DNA of 49,393 nt from Octopus bimaculoides (lineage: Eukaryota): positions 43,256,822 to 43,306,214 of the forward strand of contig NC_068999.1 in the NCBI RefSeq assembly GCF_001194135.2. The letters run 5' to 3'. The notes beneath the pieces are model-generated. The model saw nothing but the letters and a program-made list of their open reading frames with translations, had not been told where the DNA came from and did no database searches. The first letter of the stretch is position 1; each line of letters begins with the position of its first letter. Position numbers and translations under genes: made by a program. Shown here piece by piece: positions 35,751-46,908 of the stretch.

Positions 35751-36676
35751 ATGTATATATATATATATATNNNNNNNNNNNNNNNNNNNNNNNNNNNNNN
35801 NNNNNNNNNNNNNNNNNNNNNNNNNNNNNNNNNNNNNNNNNNNNNNNNNNNNNNNNNNNNNNNNNNNNNNNNNNNNNNNNNNNNNNNNNNNNNNNNNNNN
35901 NNNNNNNNNNNNNNNNNNNNNNNNNNNNNNNNNNNNNNNNNNNNNNNNNNNNNNNNNNNNNNNNNNNNNNNNNNNNNNNNNNNNNNNNNNNNNNNNNNNN
36001 NNNNNNNNNNNNNNNNNNNNNNNNNNNNNNNNNNNNNNNNNNNNNNNNNNNNNNNNNNNNNNNNNNNNNNNNNNNNNNNNNNNNNNNNNNNNNNNNNNNN
36101 NNNNNNNNNNNNNNNNNNNNNNNNNNNNNNNNNNNNNNNNNNNNNNNNNNNNNNNNNNNNNNNNNNNNNNNNNNNNNNNNNNNNNNNNNNNNNNNNNNNN
36201 NNNNNNNNNNNNNNNNNNNNNNNNNNNNNNNNNNNNNNNNNNNNNNNNNNNNNNNNNNNNNNNNNNNNNNNNNNNNNNNNNNNNNNNNNNNNNNNNNNNN
36301 NNNNNNNNNNNNNNNNNNNNNNNNNNNNNNNNNNNNNNNNNNNNNNNNNNNNNNNNNNNNNNNNNNNNNNNNNNNNNNNNNNNNNNNNNNNNNNNNNNNN
36401 NNNNNNNNNNNNNNNNNNNNNNNNNNNNNNNNNNNNNNNNNNNNNNNNNNNNNNNNNNNNNNNNNNNNNNNNNNNNNNNNNNNNNNNNNNNNNNNNNNNN
36501 NNNNNNNNNNNNNNNNNNNNNNNNNNNNNNNNNNNNNNNNNNNNNNNNNNNNNNNNNNNNNNNNNNNNNNNNNNNNNNNNNNNNNNNNNNNNNNNNNNNN
36601 NNNNNNNNNNNNTATATATGTAAATATGCATCTATATATATGCATATATGTGTACATTATATTTATATACAACCCC

Positions 36677-36721
<45 letters not shown>

Positions 36722-37237
36722 TATATATATGCATATTTATACACACACGTGTGTGTGCGTGTGTATTTGCATAGATGCAGCTGGGTATTCCCATGTGCAT
36801 GCAAACTTGCGCTATGATGCACAGAAGCCAAAACCAGGCACATAGATAGACATCTACTGAAATGTGTGTATTTTGATAGGTGAAAAACATCTCTATAGCG
36901 CTATATGTATGTGTGTATACAACCTTTGAAATGGAAACTTAAATAAATACACACAGACATATCCACACAAATGCATGCACACATGTAAATGCTCACACAC
37001 CAGTTTTTGAAGTATGGCTACTTCTAGTGATATATGCACATAAAGACACACACATATATATATATATATGTATGTATTTTCTATGATAATCTTCTATCTA
37101 TCTAGCNNNNNNNNNNTTTAATATTTAGTTTCCCATATTTGTTAGGCAGAATTTCGTGGCTGGATGCCCTTTCTGTTGCTAACCCCTGTGTCGGGGTGGT
37201 ACAAAATATGTGCGCATACATATGGACACACACACAG

Positions 37238-37279
<42 letters not shown>

Positions 37280-37281
<2 letters not shown>

Positions 37282-37410
37282 GCAGCGGGATTCTTTTAGT
37301 TTCTATCTACAAATCCATTCTCAAAGGTTTGGTTGGCTCAGGGCTTATAGTAGAAGATACTTGATCATACAACCAGCCATCTGCGATGCCTCTATCACAG
37401 CCATATGTGT
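37280..37410 (-). mobile_element. Old SINE-A head fragment
   Basis: ttcttttagtttctatctacaaatccattctcaaaggtttggttggc...tagtagaagatacttg...tcacagcc. Confidence 0.6.
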
Positions 37411-38032
37411 GTATGTGTGTGTGTCTGTGTGTGTGTGTAACAAGCTAGAAGAAAGATACTTAGTATCAACTTAGGCGTGTGTGAAAAAGGCATAATGTAC
37501 AAGTTATGGCTTGAATTGAACAAATATATATGTATAGATCATGTACCTCTCTCTTTCTTATCATCCACATGCGCACACATACCAACACATAGATACCAGT
37601 ATGTAATTAAAGAAATTCACTTTCTCTTTGGTCCACCTTCTGGTTTTACAGTGCAATGTACAAACAAAATGAGAGCATTTTCACTTGTGAAAATAACAAC
37701 CTCATGACACATTGTTTATCCCAATAGTAGGAATGATGCTTCTAACCACCAGTTATCTGTGTAACATAGAACCTATGTATAATGCATAATATCATCAGCA
37801 TCACCATCATCATCATCATAAGTGAAGATCCGTTTTCCATGTTGGCATGTCAGCTATGTCATGGTTTCTATGATTTGGTGCTCTTCCTACCACTAACCTT
37901 TACAATGTCCACTGTATATCTCTAACTGTTGCTTAGATAATTTATACATAACTGTTAGCAGTAAGGGATTCCCCCCCCCACACCCACACACGTACATACA
38001 CCACATACATACACCATCATCATTGTTTTAAA

Positions 38033-38223
38033 TACTCTTTTACTCTTTTACTTGTTTCAGTCATTTGACTGTGGCCATACTGGAGCACCGCCTTTAGTCG
38101 AGCAAATCGACCCCAGGACTTATTCTTTGGAAGCCTAGTACTTATTCTATCGGTCTCTTTTGCCGAACCGCGAAGTTACGGGGACGTAAACACACCAGCA
38201 TCGGTTGTCAAGTGATGTTGGCG
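38033..38223 (-). mobile_element. SINE-A 3' half entering a gap
   Basis: tactcttttactcttttacttgtttcagtcatttgactg...ttgccgaaccg. Confidence 0.9.
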
Positions 38224-38819
38224 NNNNNNNNNNNNNNNNNNNNNNNNNNNNNNNNNNNNNNNNNNNNNNNNNNNNNNNNNNNNNNNNNNNNNNNNNNNNN
38301 NNNNNNNNNNNNNNNNNNNNNNNNNNNNNNNNNNNNNNNNNNNNNNNNNNNNNNNNNNNNNNNNNNNNNNNNNNNNNNNNNNNNNNNNNNNNNNNNNNNN
38401 NNNNNNNNNNNNNNNNNNNNNNNNNNNNNNNNNNNNNNNNNNNNNNNNNNNNNNNNNNNNNNNNNNNNNNNNNNNNNNNNNNNNNNNNNNNNNNNNNNNN
38501 NNNNNNNNNNNNNNNNNNNNNNNNNNNNNNNNNNNNNNNNNNNNNNNNNNNNNNNNNNNNNNNNNNNNNNNNNNNNNNNNNNNNNNNNNNNNNNNNNNNN
38601 NNNNNNNNNNNNNNNNNNNNNNNNNNNNNNNNNNNNNNNNNNNNNNNNNNNNNNNNNNNNNNNNNNNNNNNNNNNNNNNNNNNNNNNNNNNNNNNNNNNN
38701 NNNNNNNNNNNNNNNNNNNNNNNNNNNNNNNNNNNNNNNNNNNNNNNNNNNNNNNNNNNNNNNNNNNNNNNNNNNNNNNNNNNNNNNNNNNNNNNNNNNN
38801 NNNNNNNNNNNNNNNNNNN

Positions 38820-38855
<36 letters not shown>

Positions 38856-38870
38856 GAAAAAAGCACCCAG

Positions 38871-39334
38871 CATTGGAGTAAAGATTGTTTGCCAACATAA
38901 CATGGCAGTCCTGGCTTAGGACGAATGTTGCTGTAATTTAACCCCAGGAGACATCGACTCCAGCTAGCTATACCACACGATCTGTGTCCTTATATTGTTT
39001 TTCGAACAAGGGAATCTAGCACCCCCACTCAGCTCAAAACAACATCTGTGTATCGCAATTTCCAGGTTATTTCCCTTCATCAGCACAGAATAATTGTTTG
39101 GCTACAGGTGGCGCTGCCAAATTCCTGTTCAAAATATATAGTTTTCAAAGTGACAACTAGTCACTGATTTATAAATTAAAAATTAGAAGGACACAGATTG
39201 TGTCATATAATATAAGGACACAGATCGTGTCGTATAGCCAGCTGGAGACGATGTCTCCTGGGGCTAAATTACAGCAACATTCGTCTTAAACCAGGACTGC
39301 CATGTTATGTTGGCAAACAATCTTTACTCCAATG
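38871..39334. mobile_element. 464-bp foldback/MITE with 126-bp terminal inverted repeats
   Basis: Arms 38871-38996 and 39209-39334 are reverse complements with 6 mismatches in 126 (manual alignment); 212-bp spacer; no ORF; no clear TSD. Confidence 0.9.
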
Positions 39335-39590
39335 ATGCAAATGTCAGTTAAGAAGTGGCGTGCAACGGGGTCAGTGCACAACACCCCAAAATAAGGGGAC
39401 GCTAAAGTTTGAACACCGAATTTTCAGGATATGCCTCGACAGATTGCTCAAAGTCGAAAGAAGTCAGCACCTAAATTGGTGCAGCAGTCTTACATATAAG
39501 GAAGAAATCGTGGCAACAAGTGTTGAAAAGGATAAAGTTGAAGTCATGTCATTTCACATGTGTACAAGGATTAAAAGCCTACATTCTTCA
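39335..39590 (+). mobile_element. Degenerate mariner-like (IS630-Tc1-mariner) transposase N-terminal relic
   Basis: MQMSVKKWRATGSVHNTPK*GDAKV*TPNFQDMPRQIAQSRKKSAPKLVQQSYI, then after a frameshift KKSWQQVLKRIKLKSCHFTCVQGLK. Resembles VKKFRETGSV...K.GRP...TPEN....R..V.QSPRKS.RK.SQQLGIS.SSVQRILK..LKL.PYKIQ.VQELK (DUF4817-type HTH region). Confidence 0.6.
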
Positions 39591-39713
39591 GATGAAACAG
39601 CACAATGACACTTGCAAACGAAAGGTTGGGTGCTGTTTTTCTGCGAGTAAATTTATTTCAGTATTTGCATTATGCTATGGAACCAGGACTGTTTTTTCAT
39701 GCACCGCCCATAT

Positions 39714-40018
39714 ATCATCATCATCATCATCGTTGTCGTTTAATGTCCGCTTTCCATGCTAGCATGGGTTGGACGATTTGACTGAGGACTGGTGAAACCA
39801 GATGGCAGCACCAGGCCCCAATCTGATTTGGCAGAGTTTCTGCAGCTGGATGCCCTTCCTAACGCCAACCACTCAGAGAGTGTAGTGGGTGCTTTTACGT
39901 GTCACCCGCACGAAGGCCAGTCAGGCGGTACTGGCAACGGCCAGGCTCAAAATGGTGTATTTTATGTGTCACCCGCACAAGAGCCAGTCCAGGGGCACTG
40001 GCAACGATCTCGCTCGAA
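39714..40018 (-). mobile_element. SINE-C copy
   Basis: (CAT)n...tttaatgtccgctttccatgctagcatggg...ctggatgcccttcctaacgccaaccac; near-identical to the copy at 43027. Confidence 0.9.
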
Positions 40019-40407
40019 AATCCTATAAATAATGAGGGTAGAAATTGATATTAATCAATTAAAACCAGTGGCTTAGCATATTTAAAACATCCGAAGATTA
40101 AAAATTATATTACATACAAAATAAGAGGAATGACCACCAAAGTGGATTCCTAATATGCTAAAGATAGACATCAAATCTCCTTACTACGAAAAGTGTGTTC
40201 TCAAGAAAATTTCAGCAAACGCCATACAAATATATGTGCGTGCGTGTGTGTGCAATGGAGGATACACTTTATATGGGTGGTAACACCAAGCAACAGTGTA
40301 ATGAATTACCAACTGATTGCTCCAGCATGACCACAGATGGATGGATGGAACCAGTAAAACACATACACACATTCAGAACCACATGACATACATATATCTA
40401 TGTATAT

Positions 40408-40502
40408 TCTCTTTTACTCTTTTACTTGTTTCAGTCATTTGACTGCGGCCATGCTGGAGCACTGCCTTTAGTCAAAGAAATCGACCCCAGGACTTATTCT
40501 TT
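40408..40502 (-). mobile_element. SINE-A tail entering a gap
   Basis: ctcttttactcttttacttgtttcagtcatttgactgcggccatgctggagc. Confidence 0.88.
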
Positions 40503-40954
40503 NNNNNNNNNNNNNNNNNNNNNNNNNNNNNNNNNNNNNNNNNNNNNNNNNNNNNNNNNNNNNNNNNNNNNNNNNNNNNNNNNNNNNNNNNNNNNNNNNN
40601 NNNNNNNNNNNNNNNNNNNNNNNNNNNNNNNNNNNNNNNNNNNNNNNNNNNNNNNNNNNNNNNNNNNNNNNNNNNNNNNNNNNNNNNNNNNNNNNNNNNN
40701 NNNNNNNNNNNNNNNNNNNNNNNNNNNNNTATATATATATATATATATATATATTTGTGTATATGTTTGTATGTATGCAAATATAATCATGCTGACACGT
40801 TAGCAGTCTTCGTTAGCAAAGTTGTATTGCACTATTACAAGTAAACCTATAGATTTCAGCCAACACTGTGTGTAAATTAAATTTAATTAAAGTTAATTAA
40901 GCACACTGGACAGTTGTTTACAATTGTCCGTTATATTTAATTAAGTTTAATTTA

Positions 40955-41278
40955 TGCATGAGGTACTGGCTGAAATCATACATCTGCATGTGTGTGTGCA
41001 TATTGTTTATGTGTTTGTATATGTGTATATGTGTGCATGTATATTTGTATGTGTTTGTATATTTGTGTATGTCTGCATGCATGTTTGTGTGTGTTTGTAT
41101 ATGTATGTGTGTCTGCATATTTCTATATATATATGCATGTCTGTGTTTGCATATGTGTGTATGTGTGTGCATGTGTCTGTGTGTGCATATTATATACACA
41201 AATTTATATGTAATATGCATACATATATATATATACATATGTAAATATATACACACACATGTTTATACATACACATAC

Positions 41279-41325
<47 letters not shown>

Positions 41326-41511
41326 TTTGTACTTCATACAGTACTTGCAATGTACTCTACTTTATGAAGTACACAATTATATGTGCATGTTTATGTATAT
41401 GTACATACTTATATAAATGTATATTTACGTATATATCTATGTGTATGATTATACACACATATTTCTATCAATTTATCTGTCTATACATATATATACATAC
41501 AAAGACGCATA

Positions 41512-41559
<48 letters not shown>
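40955..41559. repeat. About 600-bp compound (TG/TA/TGCA) microsatellite
   Basis: Directly visible. Confidence 0.85.
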
Positions 41560-41878
41560 NNNNNNNNNNNNNNNNNNNNNNNNNNNNNNNNNNNNNNNNN
41601 NNNNNNNNNNNNNNNNNNNNNNNNNNNNNNNNNNNNNNNNNNNNNNNNNNNNNNNNNNNNNNNNNNNNNNNNNNNNNNNNNNNNNNNNNNNNNNNNNNNN
41701 NNNNNNNNNNNNNNNNNNNNNNNNNNNNNNNNNNNNNNNNNNNNNNNNNNNNNNNNNNNNNNNNNNNNNNNNNNNNNNNNNNNNNNNNNNNNNNNNNNNN
41801 NNNNNNNNNNNNNNNNNNNNNNNNNNNNNNNNNNNNNNNNNNNNNNNNNNNNNNNNNNNNNNNNNNNNNNNNNNNNNN

Positions 41879-42130
41879 GGGCTTCTTTCAGTTTCCGTCT
41901 ACCAAATCCACTCACAAGGCTTTGGTCGGCCCGAGGCTATAGTAGAAGACACTTGCCCAAGGTGCCATGCAGTGGGACTGAACCCAGATCCATGTGGTTG
42001 GTAAGCAAGGTACTTACCACACAGCCCATCGTATATATGTATATATATATATATGTATGTGTGTGTATATGTTGTGTATCTGTGTTTGTCCCCCTAACAT
42101 CGCTTGACAGCCAATGCTGGTGTGTTTAGG
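41879..42130. mobile_element. SINE-A head (minus, 41879-42026) joined to a SINE-A middle segment (plus, about 42023-42130)
   Basis: ...cttaccacacagcc followed by catcgtatata...tctgtgtttgtcccc...cgcttgacag; the shared agcc lies at the junction. Confidence 0.8.
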
Positions 42131-42179
42131 ACCCCTAATCTACACAACATTGTACCCTATCAGAGGCCTTCTTTAGGCT

Positions 42180-42475
42180 CGCAAGCCCCTCACAAGCTAT
42201 TCATTTACCTGTTGCTTGTTAAGGATTACTAAACCACACAGCTTTGTAACCTGTCAGAAACCTTAGGTTGATGAATGCTTGGTCTAGTGGTTTACTGGGA
42301 GCTAAGTATGTTCCTAGCAAGAATATCTCACCCTAGCCAAAGCCCGAGCTACATCTCCCTTAATCCTCTTCCTAATCAAATGTGCTATAGCTCTCCTAGT
42401 AACTTTCATAACCTAGTCCATCCATTTGATGATTCTCACATTGCTTCTTTTCAGAGTATCATTTTCTCTTTTATC
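42180..42475 (-). mobile_element. Degenerate RTE-clade reverse-transcriptase relic (lineage 2)
   Basis: Minus-strand translation: KRENDTLKRSNVRIIKWMD*VMKVTRRAIAHLIRKRI / EM*LGL / YLAPSKPLDQAFINL / KVSDRL / VNE*LVR. Matches KGKGDALERGNYRGIKLMDQVMKV.ERVI..LIRERV, EMQFGF, YLAKNKPLY.AFVDLEKAFDRV, VDEWLVR. Confidence 0.75.
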
Positions 42476-42509
42476 TCAGTTGTGCCCAGCATGTGCCTGG
42501 CATGTGCCT

Positions 42510-42808
42510 GGCATGTGTCGACACATTTGAGCGAGATCGTGGCCAGTGCCGCTGTACTGGCTCCTGTGCAGGTGGCACATAAAATACGCCATTTTGAGCA
42601 TGGCCGCTGCTAGTACCGACTGACTGACCTTCGTGCTGGTAGCACGTAAAAGCATTGACTACACTCTTGGAGTGGTTGGCGTTAGGGTTGGAGTGGTTGG
42701 CGTTAGGAAGGGCATCCAGCTGTAGAAACTCTGCCAAATCAGATTGGAGCCTGATGCAGCCATCTGGTTCACCAGTCCTCAGTCAAATCGTCCATCCCAT
42801 GCTAGCAT
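42510..42808 (+). mobile_element. SINE-C copy lacking its terminal tail; contains a 20-bp tandem duplication (42667-42686 and 42688-42707)
   Basis: ttggagtggttggcgttagg occurs twice, then aagggcatccagctgtag...ccatgctagcat. Confidence 0.88.
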
Positions 42809-43026
42809 ATCCAACCACACACACATACACACATACAAACGTATGTATTTATGTGGCAGGAGAAATTAATCTTCATTTTGCAAACTTCTTTAGCACACAG
42901 CTATGTCTGCTCCTCACACATATAAAAGTAAATAGATGTGCATACATAGATACACACACACACTGACATATTCAAACATGCAGTGCAGGTATGTGTCATT
43001 CAAAACAGAAAGCATAACAGTGACAC

Positions 43027-43478
43027 CATCATCATCATCATCATCATCATCGTTTAACGTCCGCTTTCCATGCTAGCATGGGTTGGATGATTTGACTGAG
43101 GACTGGTGAAACCAGATGGCTGCACCAGGCTCCAATCTGATTTGGCAGAGTTTCTACAGCTGGATGCCCTTCCTAATGCCAACCACTCCCAAGAGTGTAG
43201 TGGGTGCTTTTACACGCTCCCGGCACGAAGGCCAGTCAGGCGGTACTGGCAACGGACACGTTCAAAATGGTGTATTTTACGTGCCACCTGCACAGGAGCC
43301 AGTCCGGTGGCACTGGCAACGAGCTCGCTTGAATGTCTTTTCACGTGCCACCGGCACAAGTGCCAGGAAGGTGACACTGGTAATGATTACGCTCAAATGG
43401 TGCTATTTACGTGCCACTGGAGCTGAAACCAGACAGCTGCTCTGGCAATGATGACGCTCGAACGGTGCTCATAGCGCT
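43027..43478 (-). mobile_element. SINE-C, longest copy in the window
   Basis: (CAT)n cgtttaacgtccgctttccatgctagcatggg...; internal subrepeats acgtgccac(c/t)g and ggcactggcaacg. Confidence 0.9.
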
Positions 43479-43624
43479 TGGGTTCTGCAACATCTTGTAC
43501 AAATGATTTGTTTTTAATGACCAAATGATTGTGCTGACCATTAGCTCGCTCCCTCCCTCCATCAAATCAACATTAACTGTACAGGAGCATGGTGTGCTAC
43601 ATGTTAGATGTTGATGAGATAACA

Positions 43625-43737
43625 GAGCAACCAGAAATGAAGCGTTTTTGCTCAAGAATTCAATGCATTGCTTGACCCAGGAATTGAAACCCCCTGATCT
43701 TGCATTCATGAATGCAACACCGTAACTGCTAGACCAT
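43625..43737 (-). mobile_element. SINE-F head fragment
   Basis: gagcaaccagaaatgaagcgtttttgctcaagaattcaatgcattgcttgacccaggaattgaaacc; homologous to 20058-20125. Confidence 0.65.
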
Positions 43738-43754
43738 ACCCTTTCACGGGTCTT

Positions 43755-44085
43755 TTTGATAATCTCAACTGAAAATCCAAGCTACGTATTCTGTGGAACC
43801 ATGGTATCCCAGATGAGATTGCCAAAAGCTACAACCATCACATATGAAAGCCCAACAAACTTTGTACAGCTCAAAAGTTTCCAGCAGAAATAGGAATCCC
43901 TTTAGGATTTAGGGACCCTTATAGCCTTCCTCTTTGTAATCGTGGTGGACTACATAGACAATGTATTGATCCCCCATCCTAGACGAAGGCCTCAGCATCA
44001 AGCAGAAACGATCAAGGCATCAGCTTCACCTTGTATCTCAATGATGTTGTCTTCGCAAATCTTCTGTTCGGAAAGCTGCAGCCAA
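43755..44085 (+). mobile_element. Degenerate RTE-clade reverse-transcriptase relic (lineage 3)
   Basis: FDNLN*KSKLRILWNHGIPDEI / ATTITYE / DLGTLIAFLFVIVVDYI / PRRRPQH / YLNDVVF. Matches AFDS..R.KM..IL.AYGIP..IV.AI...Y, QGDTLAP.LF.IVVDY, PRRSRRHPA and a decayed FADD motif. Confidence 0.65.
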
Positions 44086-44187
44086 GGTCGGTCTCTGTCT
44101 ATCTGTCTGTCTGTCTGTCACTGTCTCTCGGCGCAAAGAAGATCTGCTTCCTGACACCGTCAACAAGAAAGAAAGCCATCTCCCATG

Positions 44188-44231
<44 letters not shown>

Positions 44232-44339
44232 CACCGTCTGTCTTTGACCTTTTCTTGCTTTTATTGCTAAGTTTCTGAAATACCAGCACCGGTCATTATA
44301 CGCCCTCCCTTCATCCCAACCTCTCCATCATCAACCCCC

Positions 44340-44358
44340 CCCACTACTACTACTACTT

Positions 44359-44398
<40 letters not shown>

Positions 44399-44740
44399 CA
44401 AATTCACCAGCACCATTATCACCATCATCTCCTCTTAAATATGTTCCAGCATTATACCAACCTCATCATGATCACCGCCACCATTGCTATCAGTATAACC
44501 ATCACTATCACCTTCATCACCATCAGCACCACCATCACCTTCATCACCACTACCACCACCACCACCGTCACTACCTTCATCACTATCACCATCACCACAC
44601 CAACCACTTGGTTCTGGGTTCAACCCCATTGCATAGCATTTTGCTCAAGTGTCTTCTACTACTACTACTACTACTACTTCAATGACTACTACTACTACTA
44701 CTACTACACACACACACACACACACACGTATTATTATTAT
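44340..44740. repeat. Compound (CTA)n, (CAC/CAT)n, (CA)n microsatellite
   Basis: Directly visible. Confidence 0.9.
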
Positions 44741-44744
44741 TAAC

Positions 44745-45100
44745 CTTTCACTTGCTTCAGTCATTAGACTGCGGCCTTGCTGGAGCACATGCTGAAGAAT
44801 TTTGATCAACCAAACTGACCCTGGGAATTTTTTTTTTTTTAAAGTCTGGTACTAATTCTATTGGTCTCTTTTGCTGAACTGTTAAGTCACATCACCGTAA
44901 ACAAATCAACACTAGTTGTCTAGCAATAGTGTGGACAAGCATAAACACACACACATGAGAGGCTTCTTTCAGTTTCTACCCACCAAATTCACTCACAAGA
45001 CTTTGATTGGCCCAGGTCTATAGTAGAAGACACTTGCCCAAGGTGACATGCAGTGGGATTGAACCTACAACCATGTAGCTAGGAATTTTTGACCACGCAA
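44745..45100 (-). mobile_element. SINE-A, diverged, near full length
   Basis: cttgcttcagtcattagactgcggcc...tagtagaagacacttgcccaaggtgacatgcagtgggattgaacc. Confidence 0.8.
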
Positions 45101-45927
45101 TCAATGTCTGTGCCTATGTAGAGTTTATTAAAATGGATTAAGATTGTGACCATCACTAAATGTGGATTTGGGCGTGGATTGTATTTAAAGAATTATGATC
45201 AAAGATTGTCTGTCATCTCTCTATGATTTTTAAACACGATAATTTTTTTCTGAATGACAATTTTAATTTTAAAATTTTAAGAATATCGAATTTAAAAATG
45301 TAAGAATATTGATAGGGTTAAATTTTTAAATTTAAAACAAAGTAAAAAAAATTGGTATTTTAATTTTAATTTTAAAAAAAATTATGATTTAAATACATTT
45401 ACAAAGGTGGATATTTGGATCTGGGAATTTTGGTGTGATCTTGTTAAAANNNNNNNNNNAAATGGTGGATTGTGTTGGATGTGTCGTTTGTCGTTTATGT
45501 GTTTATTTGTAAGAAGTTTAGAATATGGGTGGAAGATATTAGAATGGAATAAAAAGAGTGAAAAGAATGAAAAAGGAAAATAATTAATTAAATACAAAAT
45601 TGACAAATAAAAGAATATAGAAGAACAATATAAAAAAATAATATAAAATGATATTTAAAAAAATGTACTGTGAGGCCTTATCTACTGGGAAGTGTGATAG
45701 GCTCATAGTATTTAAATATCTTGAATATCTTATGACAACATGGAGAGAGTCTCTCTGAATATTTATTCATGAATGTGGTTTCATTGCATATAGAATATAT
45801 TATATCATATATGTGTGTTGTGCATGTCTTTACATATATATATGTGTATGTGTGTGTGAGTGTGTGTGTAGTATATTATCTATATTGTACTTTATGTATG
45901 ATATAAAACATATATATTATGTATATA

Positions 45928-45963
<36 letters not shown>

Positions 45964-46766
45964 GTATGTATGTATATTATATAATTTTTTCATTTGAGAT
46001 TTGTTTTGTAGGCAAGCATTAACATTTCTGCCAAAACAACTTTGTGTGTAAATGTGGATTTATGTGATATGCTATTTATCATGTTAGCTGTACAACTATA
46101 ATTTACTTTAAGGATGTGCATGTTGAATAATTTCTTATATCTGTGGCTAAAGGGAAAATGCTCGCATTTTACATTAAGTGGGTGGGCTAAACCAGATGAT
46201 ATTATACCATCTTTAGTGTTTAATAGCATTAGAGGCCTCAAGTATGGGATGTTACTGTAAGAGCTATAAAGATGTCTTGTTCAGATTCACTGGTTGTCAG
46301 GGCATCATTATAATAAGTAGCTATGTTATTGCAAATGTCTTTATTTGCAAATAGTTTCCATGTTCTCTTGTTCATGCTCTAGACAAGGTTCTTAAAAATT
46401 ATGAGTGGTTGACATGACCCGATATTGATATCAGTCGTTTTTATCATTGGGCTTCCTGTGAGGTTTAGGTAGAAGCTAAGGTTGAGCATGACGTTTATGA
46501 AAGAACTACGGTTAAGATTTGTCGCTTGTTATTTTCAAGTCCTAAATGGTTGATCACTTTGGTTTTTTTTATTAAATATTTAGCCACACATGTATTCATA
46601 TAGCTGCGTTGTGACTTATTTTATTGCAAGAAAACCAGAATAGGGAGCATAAGTATATATACACACAGGATAAAAGAGACAAAGTGAAAGTGTCTTTAAC
46701 ATTTAATATTTGTTTAACATTTGAAATGGTTAATCTGTTATCATGATCATATCTTCCTCCTCCTCC

Positions 46767-46870
46767 TCATCATCATCAACAGCAACAACATTTAACGTTT
46801 CTTTTCCATGCTAGCATGCATTGGACAGTTTGACAGGATCTAGAAAAACCTGCAGGGCTGCATTGTGCTC
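46767..46870 (-). mobile_element. Diverged SINE-C/RTE-type 3' end
   Basis: catcatcatc...tttaacgtttcttttccatgctagcatgcattggacagtttgac. Confidence 0.7.
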
Positions 46871-46908
46871 TGATACCAGTATCATGCCACCTAGTATAAT
46901 ATATAATG

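Noticed and set aside
36777-36845. AG followed by open frame [23 protein letters not shown]
   Set aside because: Weak acceptor in TG repeats, no canonical GT donor at a sensible position, and an unrecognised peptide.
518-41942. Long ORFs full of X (e.g. 7211-8230, 33916-34971, 35389-36774)
   Set aside because: They are open only because they run through N gaps; the flanking residues are microsatellite translations.
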